A DNA stretch of 18,909 nucleotides from Candidatus Jordarchaeia archaeon (GTDB lineage: Archaea; Asgardarchaeota; Jordiarchaeia; Jordiarchaeales; Jordiarchaeaceae), in assembly GCA_029856435.1 (NCBI GenBank), contig JAHQXB010000067.1, positions 1 through 18,909 of the forward strand, given 5' to 3'. Shown here in pieces: positions 1 to 8,761 of the stretch; position 1 is the stretch's first letter, and every line of letters begins with the position of its first letter. The notes under the pieces were generated by a model. The model saw only the letters and a list, made by a program, of their open reading frames with translations. It had not been told where the DNA came from and made no database searches. A program made the position numbers and the translations under genes.

Positions 1-124
1 GGAACATAGCCGCAAAACATCCCATGTGCCGTCCTTTACCGTTGGCGGCGAAAGCCCTCCATGAACCCCTAATGATAAAGGTGAGAGGGAAGGGATGAAA
101 ATCTACAAATCCCACAACGGTAAA
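1..124 (+). mobile_element. tnpB: 3' end of a tnpB gene (IS200/IS605- or IS607-type) and right-end region, cut by the window edge
   Basis: Frame starting at 3 reads NIAAKHPMCRPLPLAAKALHEPLMIKVRGKG* (stop 96-98), resembling the post-RuvC-III 'NIA...' tail of archaeal TnpB. Nested stems are present: 35-44 pairs with 115-124, and GGC-GAAA-GCC at 47-56. Confidence 0.6.
21..124 (+). ncRNA. Putative omegaRNA/reRNA scaffold overlapping the tnpB 3' end
   Basis: Perfect 10-bp long-range stem TTTACCGTTG (35-44) / CAACGGTAAA (115-124) encloses a GAAA-tetraloop hairpin (47-56) and a CCCTC/GAGGG stem (55-59/85-89). TnpB guide scaffolds are known to overlap the tnpB 3' end. Confidence 0.45.
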
Positions 125-428
125 TACATATAACTATTAGGATAAGGAATGGAAGAATCAAAGCATAAAAAATAAACTGGAACATGCCATGCTCGCGAAA
201 CCGCTTCGAAAACTCCCTTCCTTTCGAAAAAAGCTTCATTTAGGGCATTCTTCACCAGCTATAACCGCTTATCAAAAAGGACAAAAACAGAATTCTTGAG
301 AGCCTCAATGGCATAGCACCCCGTTTTCGGCCGCAACAGCTCAAACAAGTACAAGAGGTTTAAAAAGTCTTATAATGGAATTCAGCTCATGTCCAATCCA
401 ATAACCTAAATTGTTGGAGGATTAATAA

Positions 429-1499
429 TTGGATGAGATTTACAGAAGGCTGAGAGAGAAGCTTGATCAGGTTCCCATTGGATTTCCAGAAAGCAAAGGA
501 GCCATTGAGATTCTCAAAAACCTTTTCACCCCTGAAGAGGCGGAACTAGCACTCAACCTTCCTATGGTTACCAAGTCTCTTGAGGAAATAGCCGCCGAGC
601 TAAATGAAGACCCCGCAATTCTTAGAGAGAAGCTTGATAGTATGGCTAGCAGAGGAACAGTTTTAGCCGTAGAAAAGGGAGGAAAACTGCTTTACCGGTT
701 GCTACCATCTGTGGTGGGGTTTTGGGAGACTCCCTTCTGGCCAGGAAGAAGAGATGAGAGAACACTAAAACTTGCCCCCCTGTGGAGAAACTATTTTGAA
801 GAAAAATTTGCCTATGAAGTGGGTGACCGGAAACAGATCATATTCCGCATCATACCCGTAGACATTGCCATATCTCCCAAATCCATGATTACCCCCTTTG
901 AAGATGTTATGGAACTCCTCAAACCACTAAACTACTTCGCAGTTGCCCATTGTCCCTGTAGACAGATTGCAGCCTTTACCGGAGATGGATGCAACCACTC
1001 CCTTGAGGTGTGTCTGCACTTTGACAGTATGGGAGAATATATGGTAAAACACGGAATGGCGAGAGAGATAACTAGAGAGGAAACCATAAAAATTCTCAGA
1101 AAAGCCAACGAGGAAGGTCTCGTCCACATGACAGATAATCACCAGGGAAAAATCACCACAATATGTAACTGTTGCGGGTGCTGCTGCATATTCTTCAGAA
1201 TGCTTAAAGAAATGAACCTCCCCAGAGCAGTGGCAAAATCCAACTATGTAAGCAAGGTGGACACCGAGCTGTGCGCCGCCTGCGGAACCTGCGCCGAGCG
1301 TTGTCCCATGCAAGCAATAAAGGTAGATGACTTCGCAGTGGTAAACGAGGAAAAATGCGTGGGATGCGGAGTCTGTTACCCCACATGCCCACAAAAAGCC
1401 ATAACCCTCGTAAGGAAGCCTGAAGACAAAATCATGGAAATTCCAGACAGAAAAACATACATAAACAACCTCCTCAAAGAAAAGGGACTAATCCCATAA
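429..1499 (+). CDS. Cys-rich 4Fe-4S dicluster domain protein with N-terminal HTH-like region
   Basis: C-terminal 2x CxxCxxCxxxCP ferredoxin motifs (CAACGTCAERCP, CVGCGVCYPTCP); central HCPCR, C-N-H...C and CNCCGCCC motifs; TTG start with GGAGG at 416-420. Confidence 0.85.
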   Translation: MDEIYRRLREKLDQVPIGFPESKGAIEILKNLFTPEEAELALNLPMVTKSLEEIAAELNEDPAILREKLDSMASRGTVLAVEKGGKLLYRLLPSVVGFWETPFWPGRRDERTLKLAPLWRNYFEEKFAYEVGDRKQIIFRIIPVDIAISPKSMITPFEDVMELLKPLNYFAVAHCPCRQIAAFTGDGCNHSLEVCLHFDSMGEYMVKHGMAREITREETIKILRKANEEGLVHMTDNHQGKITTICNCCGCCCIFFRMLKEMNLPRAVAKSNYVSKVDTELCAACGTCAERCPMQAIKVDDFAVVNEEKCVGCGVCYPTCPQKAITLVRKPEDKIMEIPDRKTYINNLLKEKGLIP

Positions 1500-1768
1500 C
1501 CAGAAACCAACTTCTCACCAGAAAGTAACAAAATATACTCGCGGAAAAAAGTACCCGATACGTTTGCCCTTGTACCAACCATAATTCCAGCGAATCCCTA
1601 AAAAATTTCAAGCGTATTTGCGTTAAGACAATTAATATATTTCTGCTCTTCGTGGGATGCTTTATAAGACAGGTAACCAGTTATTTCTTTTGATTCGTTA
1701 AGCGAAGAAGTTCGCATTTGATTCCCAACCTTCACTCTTTAAAGTGGTGAACTGGCGGAGGCGTAGCC

Positions 1769-2731
1769 TTGTTAGTTTTGGGAGTTGATGGTGGGGCCAC
1801 AAAGACTGTATGTGTGGTGGCTGATGAAAATTTCAAAATTTTGGGAGTGGGATTAGCTGGTTCCAGTAACTACCACGTGGTAGGTGTAGAAGCAGCCCAG
1901 AAGAGTGTTGCTCTCGCCCTTAAGCGAGCTATCCCTAAGCTTAAAAACAGTATTGACGTCTGCTGTTTTGGTATAGGTGGTCTCAACACTAAAATGGACA
2001 GAAAGATAATCTCAGGATTTATAAAGCCCCTTGTGACTGCTAGAAAACATATAATTGTCAATGATGTAGTTATTGCCTTTCACGCTGCCACCTGTGGAGA
2101 GCCCGGAATTGTCATGGTTGCGGGAACTGGATCCATAGCCTACGGAGTTAGTCCAGAGGGAAAAGAAGGAGTTGTAGGCGGCTGGGGATGGCTTATAGGA
2201 GATGAGGGAAGCGCTTTCTACATAGCAAAAAAGGCATTAATGAGTGCTTCCAAGGCTTATGACGGCCGCGGAAAACATACAAGTCTTGTGGAAATCTTCT
2301 GCAATCACCTAAAAATTTCCAAGTTTGAAAACATCATCTCCAAAGTTTATGAAGAAATGAAGCCCCGAGACCTAGCATCATTGGCCCCCCTAGTTACACA
2401 AGCCGCCCAAAACGGAGACGAGGTGGCCCAAAACATACTGGAGGATGCTGCGAGGGAACTGGCACTGACAGTTAAAGCCCTAGCAGAAAAGCTAAACATG
2501 AAGGGGCGCTTCACTGTTGGAGCTGCGGGCGGTGTTTTCAAATCCCAACCTGTTTGGAAATTATTCCAGAGCGAAGTTCAAAAACATGTTTCTGGAGCTG
2601 AGTTAACTAAACCATTAGAGTATCCCGTGATTGGAGCCCTAATAATGGGATTCAAAAACCAGAAAATGACGGTAACTCCAGATGTTAGGGAGGAACTTGA
2701 GAAGGATTTGAAAACCCGACTTGAAAAATGA
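1769..2731 (+). CDS. BadF/BadG/BcrA/BcrD-type sugar kinase, likely N-acetylglucosamine kinase
   Basis: Motifs GVDGGATKT, NDVVIA, AGTGS and GGWGWLIGDEGS; adjacent to nagA and a GlcN6P deaminase. Confidence 0.85.
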   Translation: MLVLGVDGGATKTVCVVADENFKILGVGLAGSSNYHVVGVEAAQKSVALALKRAIPKLKNSIDVCCFGIGGLNTKMDRKIISGFIKPLVTARKHIIVNDVVIAFHAATCGEPGIVMVAGTGSIAYGVSPEGKEGVVGGWGWLIGDEGSAFYIAKKALMSASKAYDGRGKHTSLVEIFCNHLKISKFENIISKVYEEMKPRDLASLAPLVTQAAQNGDEVAQNILEDAARELALTVKALAEKLNMKGRFTVGAAGGVFKSQPVWKLFQSEVQKHVSGAELTKPLEYPVIGALIMGFKNQKMTVTPDVREELEKDLKTRLEK

Positions 2732-2737
2732 CTCATT

Positions 2738-3775
2738 TTATATTTTTACAACTTTTTTCAGGTGGCGAGGTGCATCCGGGTTCAAGCCATTACCCACACA
2801 GTAGTGATAGGCAAACAATTGCAAAGGAATTATTTGAATGGTGGGGGAGAGAGCTTCGTCCACCCCGGGGGTGGTAAGGGTTTGGTTGGCTGGAACGTTA
2901 GCTCCACTCGTTACTGCTAGAACGTTGGCCCCCTTCTCTTTTATCTCTTTGATGAGTTCCACGTATTCCTTGCTGGGTCTTTTTGGAACCAAGCATATTA
3001 CAAGGGTTTTTTCGTCAACTACTGCTATTGGGCCGTGTCTAAACTCCAGTGGGTGGTAGGCTTCTGAGTGAATGTAGGATGTTTCTTTGAGTTTTAGGCT
3101 TCCCTCAAGGGAGGCTCCGTAGCTTGAGCCTCCTCCCAGAAAAATGAATTTCTGTGAACCGCAGTTTAGCGCTAGTTCACGCATCTTTTCGCCCAGGGTG
3201 AGCGTTTCTTGGGCGAGTTCTGGCATTTTCCTTGCCTGGCTTAACTGTTTTCCCACATCTTTGCCCCTGTTTTGGGCGTAGTGGAGTGCTAGGAGCTGGA
3301 GTGCGTAAACTTGGGTGGTGAAGGTTTTCGTCATTATCACACTTTTCTCCTCTCCAGCATTGACTGTTATTGCTAGTTTTGAGTTTCTGGCCATGCTGCT
3401 TTCGCGGGTGTTTGTGATGCTTACTGTGAATGCTCCAAGCTGGTTTGCTTTGGAGATTGCTCTGACGGTTTCGGTGGTTTCGCCTGAGCGGGAGACTCCT
3501 AAGGCTGCTGCTTGGCTTTTGGCTTGTGGTGGAGGATACTCATAGAACTCTGAGGAAGGTGTGACATATGCGTCGACTTCGGCATAGGTTTCTAGGGCGG
3601 ATTTTCCGCAGAGACAGATATAATGAGAGGAACCGCACCCGAAAAGGTAGAACCTATACTCTTTTTCGGAGAGAATTTTGGCAACCTTCTCAATGTTCCC
3701 TTCTTCAAGGAGAGTTCTCCTGAGGGCGTCGGGCTGCTCATAAATTTCCCTTAGCATATAATGCTCCATACTCAC
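2738..3775 (-). CDS. glmD: SIS-domain glucosamine-6-phosphate deaminase (GlmD/NagB-II type; GlmS isomerase-like, no glutaminase domain)
   Basis: Motifs MLREIYEQP, GCGSS, SRSGET, TKTF, LKLKE, EFRHGP and PRHLKKVV; 345 aa with no N-terminal Cys glutaminase domain; nag context. Confidence 0.8.
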   Translation of the reverse strand: MSMEHYMLREIYEQPDALRRTLLEEGNIEKVAKILSEKEYRFYLFGCGSSHYICLCGKSALETYAEVDAYVTPSSEFYEYPPPQAKSQAAALGVSRSGETTETVRAISKANQLGAFTVSITNTRESSMARNSKLAITVNAGEEKSVIMTKTFTTQVYALQLLALHYAQNRGKDVGKQLSQARKMPELAQETLTLGEKMRELALNCGSQKFIFLGGGSSYGASLEGSLKLKETSYIHSEAYHPLEFRHGPIAVVDEKTLVICLVPKRPSKEYVELIKEIKEKGANVLAVTSGANVPANQTLTTPGVDEALSPTIQIIPLQLFAYHYCVGNGLNPDAPRHLKKVVKI

Positions 3776-4034
3776 ACCTTACCTTCTCGCCTAGAAAAAG
3801 GGGAAGTGGACTCTAACCCTAAAAACATAAAACATTTGGGAATCCAACATACTTCCACGTACCTACATTATGGGGTTTCCCACCGAGCAGTGGAGTGGGG
3901 TGTTCACCCAATGGGTTTTATTATATTTTTCAATTTGTTTCGCCCTTAAAAAGGTGAGGGCTTCCTAATGATTACATCTCAACAATGTGCCCCTTTGTCC
4001 TTTTTCTACTTTTTTCAAAAAAACATTTGAATTC

Positions 4035-4062
4035 TGAAAATTTTTCAAATTTACAATGTAAA
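4035..4062. promoter_or_regulatory. Two adjacent 13-bp palindromes (candidate operators) in the glmD-nagA divergent region
   Basis: TGAAAA-T-TTTTCA (4035-4047) and TTTACA-A-TGTAAA (4050-4062), both 6-1-6 dyads. Confidence 0.3.
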
Positions 4063-4270
4063 GTTGCAAAAAATTCAGCAAACACACAATGAAGGCAAAA
4101 ATTAAAAACTGTGCAAACAGCGCAGACACTTAAAAATTCTTAAATAGCATTCCGCCCCTATCAGAAAGACAAGTTTACAGCCGGTTAAACGTTTAAGACT
4201 CCACTACTTTCTGCAGTCTCAGCCCCTGTCTTGGAACTGTCCCTTTCAGAAGTCGGAGTTGTGATTTATT

Positions 4271-5455
4271 ATGGTTGGGGAAATTCTTGCAGTCAGGTGC
4301 GGTAGAATACTTACACCCTTAAGGGAAATAAGTGACGGCGTTATTCTAGTTCAGGGAGGCAGAATAGTATCCTTGGGAGTTAATGGCGAGTTGACCGTTC
4401 CCAGCGGTGCCAAAACCTTAAACTTTGAAGACAAAATAGCTGTTCCCGGATTCTTAGACATTCACATCCATGGAGGAGGAGGACACGACGTGATGGAAGC
4501 CTCAGAAGAAGCAGCCACAGGTTTAGCTCTTTTTGCTTCTAGACACGGGACGACATCCATTCTCCCCTCAACAGTTTCCGCCCCTCACCATAGCCTACTA
4601 AAAGTTGTGAAGGTTCTTGGAGAAATGGTGGGGAGGGAAACAGGGGGGGCCGAACTACTGGGCATCAATCTCGAAGGACCCTACATTAATCCTAAAATGC
4701 GGGGAGCCCACAACGCCAAACACATAAGGCTCCCTTCAGTGAATGAGTTTAAAGATTTGTGGAAGATGTCAGGTGAACAGCTGAAAATAGTGACGCTGGC
4801 CCCCGAATTAGAGGGAGCTGAGAAACTTTTGGCAGAGCTCCACAAACTGGGAGTGGTGGCCGCAGTTGGCCACTCAGACGCCACCTACAGTGAAGTCGTG
4901 GAGGCAGTTAGTCTTGGTCTCAGCCACGCAACCCACATTTTTAACGGTATGAGAGGGTTCCACCACAGGGAGCCTGGGACAGTAGGGGCGGCTCTACTTT
5001 GTGAGAAGCTAACAGCCGAGGTTATTTCTGACAATATTCACGTGCACCCAGAAGCAGTAAGACTGTTGACCAAAGTGAAGGATCCCAGCCTCATAGTTCT
5101 TGTGACGGACTCCATTATGGCTGCTGGGATGCCAGACGGAGAGTACCGATTGGGGAACCAGAGGGTTACCGTGAAAAACGGTGTTTGTATACTGGAATCC
5201 GGAAGCCTTGCAGGAAGCACTCTGACAATGGAGGCCGCCATAAGAAACACTGTCCGAGCTGCGGGTCTCCCCTTACAGGTAGTTTTAAGGATGGCAACTG
5301 TAAACCCTGCAAGAGTTATTGGTGTCGGTGAGAGGAAGGGAAGCTTGGAGCCAGGCAAAGACGCCGACATAACCATAATAGACAGTGAGGTAAACGTTTA
5401 CGCCACAATAGCGAGAGGAAAAGTAGTTTATGGGAAGGATTTATTGGGTAGGTAA
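4271..5455 (+). CDS. nagA: N-acetylglucosamine-6-phosphate deacetylase
   Basis: Amidohydrolase motifs PGFLDIHIHG, LEGP, GHS, THIFNGM, VTDS and LAGSTLTM. Confidence 0.95.
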   Translation: MVGEILAVRCGRILTPLREISDGVILVQGGRIVSLGVNGELTVPSGAKTLNFEDKIAVPGFLDIHIHGGGGHDVMEASEEAATGLALFASRHGTTSILPSTVSAPHHSLLKVVKVLGEMVGRETGGAELLGINLEGPYINPKMRGAHNAKHIRLPSVNEFKDLWKMSGEQLKIVTLAPELEGAEKLLAELHKLGVVAAVGHSDATYSEVVEAVSLGLSHATHIFNGMRGFHHREPGTVGAALLCEKLTAEVISDNIHVHPEAVRLLTKVKDPSLIVLVTDSIMAAGMPDGEYRLGNQRVTVKNGVCILESGSLAGSTLTMEAAIRNTVRAAGLPLQVVLRMATVNPARVIGVGERKGSLEPGKDADITIIDSEVNVYATIARGKVVYGKDLLGR

Positions 5456-5549
5456 AGAACATTTTATACATGCTCCTGTTGAAAATCTCTCTAAAGGTAC
5501 GGTGACTGGTGAACACCATTTTGCGATTTGGATGCAAAAAAAGGGGTGA

Positions 5550-5693
5550 ATGAGTTTGGGAACAAGAAAGGTTTACTGCATTTGGTGTGGTAGAAGATAT
5601 CTGCTATCCACCAGCGAGAAATTAAAGGAGACAGTTTGTCCAAACTGCGGCAAAAAAGGCAAAATATATACAGTCATCGACGATTCGACCTAA
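5550..5693 (+). CDS. 47-aa zinc-ribbon microprotein (absent from the ORF track)
   Basis: MSLGTRKVYCIWCGRRYLLSTSEKLKETVCPNCGKKGKIYTVIDDST*; two CxxC pairs; GGGGTGA SD directly upstream of the ATG. Confidence 0.75.
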   Translation: MSLGTRKVYCIWCGRRYLLSTSEKLKETVCPNCGKKGKIYTVIDDST

Positions 5694-5785
5694 AAGCCAG
5701 CCACCAAACCATAATCCTTTCTTCCCGGGTAACACGTATTAGAGAATAAAAAGAATTTGGAAACTTTGGCTACTGCCCCTTCCTG

Positions 5786-5821
5786 AAAAAAATAAGAAAA
5801 AAATGGGAAGTGAAGGAAAAA
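5786..5821 (-). terminator. Oligo-T terminator region of the DUF35/thiolase-fold operon
   Basis: T5, T7 and T7 runs on the minus strand within about 50 nt downstream of the stop at 5837. Confidence 0.5.
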
Positions 5822-5836
5822 CGATCTCTTTTTTAT

Positions 5837-6337
5837 TTATTTTATGGGTTCCACCCCGATGATGTCGCTTAGTTTTCCTTCGGGTTTTTCCTTCCAGACC
5901 GCTTGAACCCTCATTCCTATGTGTGCTTCCTCAGGCTTGGCGTTCAGCAGTATCGTTGTATATTTTGAGTTGGTGCCGTCAAAATTGACCAGTACCATTA
6001 TTAGCCTCTCTCCTTCCTTGAGCCACCCCATTTCCACGGGATCCATTCCTAAAACCTTTACTTGGCCCCTCTTTACCGCCTGACTCAAAGTGAAGGACCT
6101 AACTGTGCCCTTGTCACTCACAGTTACCCGGGCATCTATTTTTCTCCAGCATCTACCACAAATGTTTCTCATTGGCACGTATACGAATCCGCAGCCAGTG
6201 CACAGCGACCCAATTATTTTCTTCTGCTTAAATCCCTCAAGTAGTTCCTGATAGAGTAGGGGTGCCTTATAAACGTAGGAGCCTACGGGCCACACGCCTT
6301 CCACTGCAATTGTTTCTTTTCTCACCTTCTTCGACAT
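5837..6337 (-). CDS. DUF35 Zn-ribbon/OB-fold acyl-CoA-binding protein
   Basis: CTGC...YVPMRNICGRC rubredoxin-like ribbon followed by OB fold (GTVRSFT...GMRVQAVW); operonic with thiolase-fold genes. Confidence 0.9.
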   Translation of the reverse strand: MSKKVRKETIAVEGVWPVGSYVYKAPLLYQELLEGFKQKKIIGSLCTGCGFVYVPMRNICGRCWRKIDARVTVSDKGTVRSFTLSQAVKRGQVKVLGMDPVEMGWLKEGERLIMVLVNFDGTNSKYTTILLNAKPEEAHIGMRVQAVWKEKPEGKLSDIIGVEPIK

Positions 6338-6341
6338 TATC

Positions 6342-7598
6342 TCACCACCTCAACCTAGGGCTATCTCCCAGAACTGTTACCACTGTAAAGTTGGTTGAGC
6401 CACCCCAACCGTGGGCTACAGCGTTCCTTACGTCCCTGGGCACTTGGTGCCCCTCAGCTTTACCCATTATTTGTAGGGCGCACTCCGCCACTCTCTGCAT
6501 AGCTGAGGAACCTATGGCATTAGTGGAGAGTACACCGCCTGAAGGGTCAATGGGCATTTTGCCGTCTATCTCTGTTTCCCCCTCTTCTAGGGGAATCCAA
6601 GCCTTACCATCATCAAAGAGAAGCAGCCTCTCTGAATACATCAATTCCTGGTGGGGGAAGGGTTGATAAATCTCCGCCACATCAATCTCTTCTCTGGGAT
6701 TCTTTATCCCCGCCATCCGGTAGGCCTTCATGGCCGCAATTCTGCACTGAATCTGCTCCGAAGTATCCAGTACGGATACCCCTTGAGCGTTTTCCGCCTG
6801 CTGATTCTCCTCATCGGCACACGCCGCGAGTCCCCTCACCCAGGCGGGCCTATCAGCCTTTCTCGCTATTTCTTCGGAGGCAATCACAATGGCTGAAGCT
6901 CCATCACTTGCCGGGCAAATGTGTCCCATTCTCAACGGGTAAGCAACAATTTCGCCAAACCTAGGATGCTTTGCTAGGGATTCAGCGGTGCAGTTGGGCC
7001 ACTGGATATGGGCATACTTATTCTTGGCAGCGTTTCTACGGGATTTGGCGGCAACCATATCCAAATGTTCGATTTTGCATCCAGAGCGGTGCATGTACTC
7101 ACATGCCTGGTATGCGGAAACTCCTGCTGCTGCGCCAACTCCCCCACCATAGGCAAAACTGGTTCTCACATCGACTCCATTTGCCAGTAGGTGAAACATG
7201 TTTGCCAGTCCCACATGGGCTAACCCCATTGTTGCTCCGGGCTCTTTACTATCTGAGTGTTTTTCAAATCCTATGGCTAGAACAGTGTCGAAGAGTCCCG
7301 AAGCCACCTGATACATTCCACACTGGGCCACAGAGCCTCCAGTTGTGCCTCCCGTGGCTATTCTGAGCACTGGCTTGCCAGGAGCACCGAATAGTTCTCC
7401 GCTCCACAGCTCTGCTTGGCAGATTCCTCCGAAGCCTTGCATATTCCCTATGGCAATGGCGTCTATGTCTTGGGGGCCTAGTTCGGCGTCCTCTAATGCC
7501 TTCCAGGCTGCCTCTGCTATCATTTCTGCAGTGTTAATGTCTCTTCTTATTCCATGTTTGGTCTGTCCAACACCAATTACTGCAATGTTTCGCCACAC
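6342..7598 (-). CDS. Thiolase-fold (SCP2-type) protein, Ltp3-like probable retro-aldolase subunit
   Basis: Motifs AVIGVGQTK, CPASDGASA, EIYQPF and PSGGVLSTNAIG. The nucleophile position reads RIATGGTTGGS (no Cys) and the GHP motif reads TNA (no His). Confidence 0.8.
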   Translation of the reverse strand: MWRNIAVIGVGQTKHGIRRDINTAEMIAEAAWKALEDAELGPQDIDAIAIGNMQGFGGICQAELWSGELFGAPGKPVLRIATGGTTGGSVAQCGMYQVASGLFDTVLAIGFEKHSDSKEPGATMGLAHVGLANMFHLLANGVDVRTSFAYGGGVGAAAGVSAYQACEYMHRSGCKIEHLDMVAAKSRRNAAKNKYAHIQWPNCTAESLAKHPRFGEIVAYPLRMGHICPASDGASAIVIASEEIARKADRPAWVRGLAACADEENQQAENAQGVSVLDTSEQIQCRIAAMKAYRMAGIKNPREEIDVAEIYQPFPHQELMYSERLLLFDDGKAWIPLEEGETEIDGKMPIDPSGGVLSTNAIGSSAMQRVAECALQIMGKAEGHQVPRDVRNAVAHGWGGSTNFTVVTVLGDSPRLRW

Positions 7599-8761
7599 TA
7601 CTCCTCACCTCCCAGAATGAAGACTATGTTTTGCTGGGCACATATGCCAGTTTGGCCGTGGGCTAGGGCTCTCCAAGCTCCCGATACTTGGTGAGCTCCA
7701 GCTTCTCCCCTTATCTGCATTGTGGCTTCAACTATTCTTATTAGCCCTGTGGCGGATATGGGGTCTGCTGAGAGGGCTCCGCCGCTGGGGTTTACTGGTA
7801 GTTGCCCATCGTTGAAGGTTGCACAGCTATCTATCAGGGTTCCTCCTCTGCCTTCCTCACAGAAGCCTAGAGCCTCATAAATCATGAGCTCCTCATGGGC
7901 ATATCTTTCTGATACTTCGGCTACGTCTAGTTCTGCGAAAGGGTTCTTTATGCCCGCCATCTGGTAAGCTTTCCTCGCCGCGATTTCTAGCCCCTCAAGC
8001 TTGTAAAGCTTTCTGTCTCTGAGATATGAGTCTTGACAGCTGCCCACACCTTTTATCCAAACGGGGCAGTCTGAAAGCTCTCTTGCCTTCCTCTCTGAGG
8101 CTAAAACCACCGCTGCGGCCCCATCACTTATGGGGGACATGGTGAGTTCCCTTATAGGGTCACAGTAAAGCTTAGAGTTTAACACTTCTTCCAGTGAGAT
8201 TCCGGGCATTCTGCGGTGTGCGTGGGGATTCTTGGCGGCGTTGCTTAGGTTCTTCACGGAAACTATGGCTGCCTCATCTTCAGATACGCCGTACTTGTTC
8301 ATATATATTCTTGCTTGGATAGCTGCTGCGGAGATATCATTTAGAACTCCTATTTGCCTATCGAAGGTGGGGTCTAGGGTGTAGACTGAGATCTGGTGGG
8401 GGTTGAAGGTTGAACCCTGAGTGTTAGCCACTATTAGTGCTATGTCGTGGGTTCCTGAGAGTATTTTGAGCATGCCATAGAAGAGAGCGTTGGCTCCATC
8501 CATCTCCACCTTAGTGTAGTCCTTAAGGTAGGCTCCGATGGGCATAGTGAGGAAAAGCTCGGAAATGGTTCTACCCTCATAGTAATCGTTTGTGGCGTTA
8601 ATCACTGTGTCAATATCCTCCCTTCCAATACCAGCCATCTCGGCGGCTTCCTTGGCCACCTCAAAAACCATGTCCTCCCTCGTCATTGGCATATTTGCCT
8701 GATGGAAAGACTGAGCATACCCAATTATTGCGACCTTCTCTCTCATCAATTTAGGTTTCAC
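7598..8761 (-). CDS. Thiolase-fold (SCP2-type) protein, Ltp4-like subunit (true start may be ATG at 8746)
   Basis: KVEMDGANAL in place of the thiolase ENACASG motif; SPISDGAAA; PSGGALSADPI (no His); C-terminal QQNIV. Confidence 0.8.
   Translation of the reverse strand: MKPKLMREKVAIIGYAQSFHQANMPMTREDMVFEVAKEAAEMAGIGREDIDTVINATNDYYEGRTISELFLTMPIGAYLKDYTKVEMDGANALFYGMLKILSGTHDIALIVANTQGSTFNPHQISVYTLDPTFDRQIGVLNDISAAAIQARIYMNKYGVSEDEAAIVSVKNLSNAAKNPHAHRRMPGISLEEVLNSKLYCDPIRELTMSPISDGAAAVVLASERKARELSDCPVWIKGVGSCQDSYLRDRKLYKLEGLEIAARKAYQMAGIKNPFAELDVAEVSERYAHEELMIYEALGFCEEGRGGTLIDSCATFNDGQLPVNPSGGALSADPISATGLIRIVEATMQIRGEAGAHQVSGAWRALAHGQTGICAQQNIVFILGGEE

Noticed and set aside
151-360. Protein-like minus-strand frame (NLLYLFELLRPKTG...)
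   Set aside because: Internal stop, no start signal and no recognisable family.
927-5537. Antisense and alternate-frame ORFs over the Fe-S, kinase, deaminase and nagA genes (e.g. 927-1394, 2838-3059, 5038-5376)
   Set aside because: Shadow ORFs of well-supported genes; no motifs or SD.
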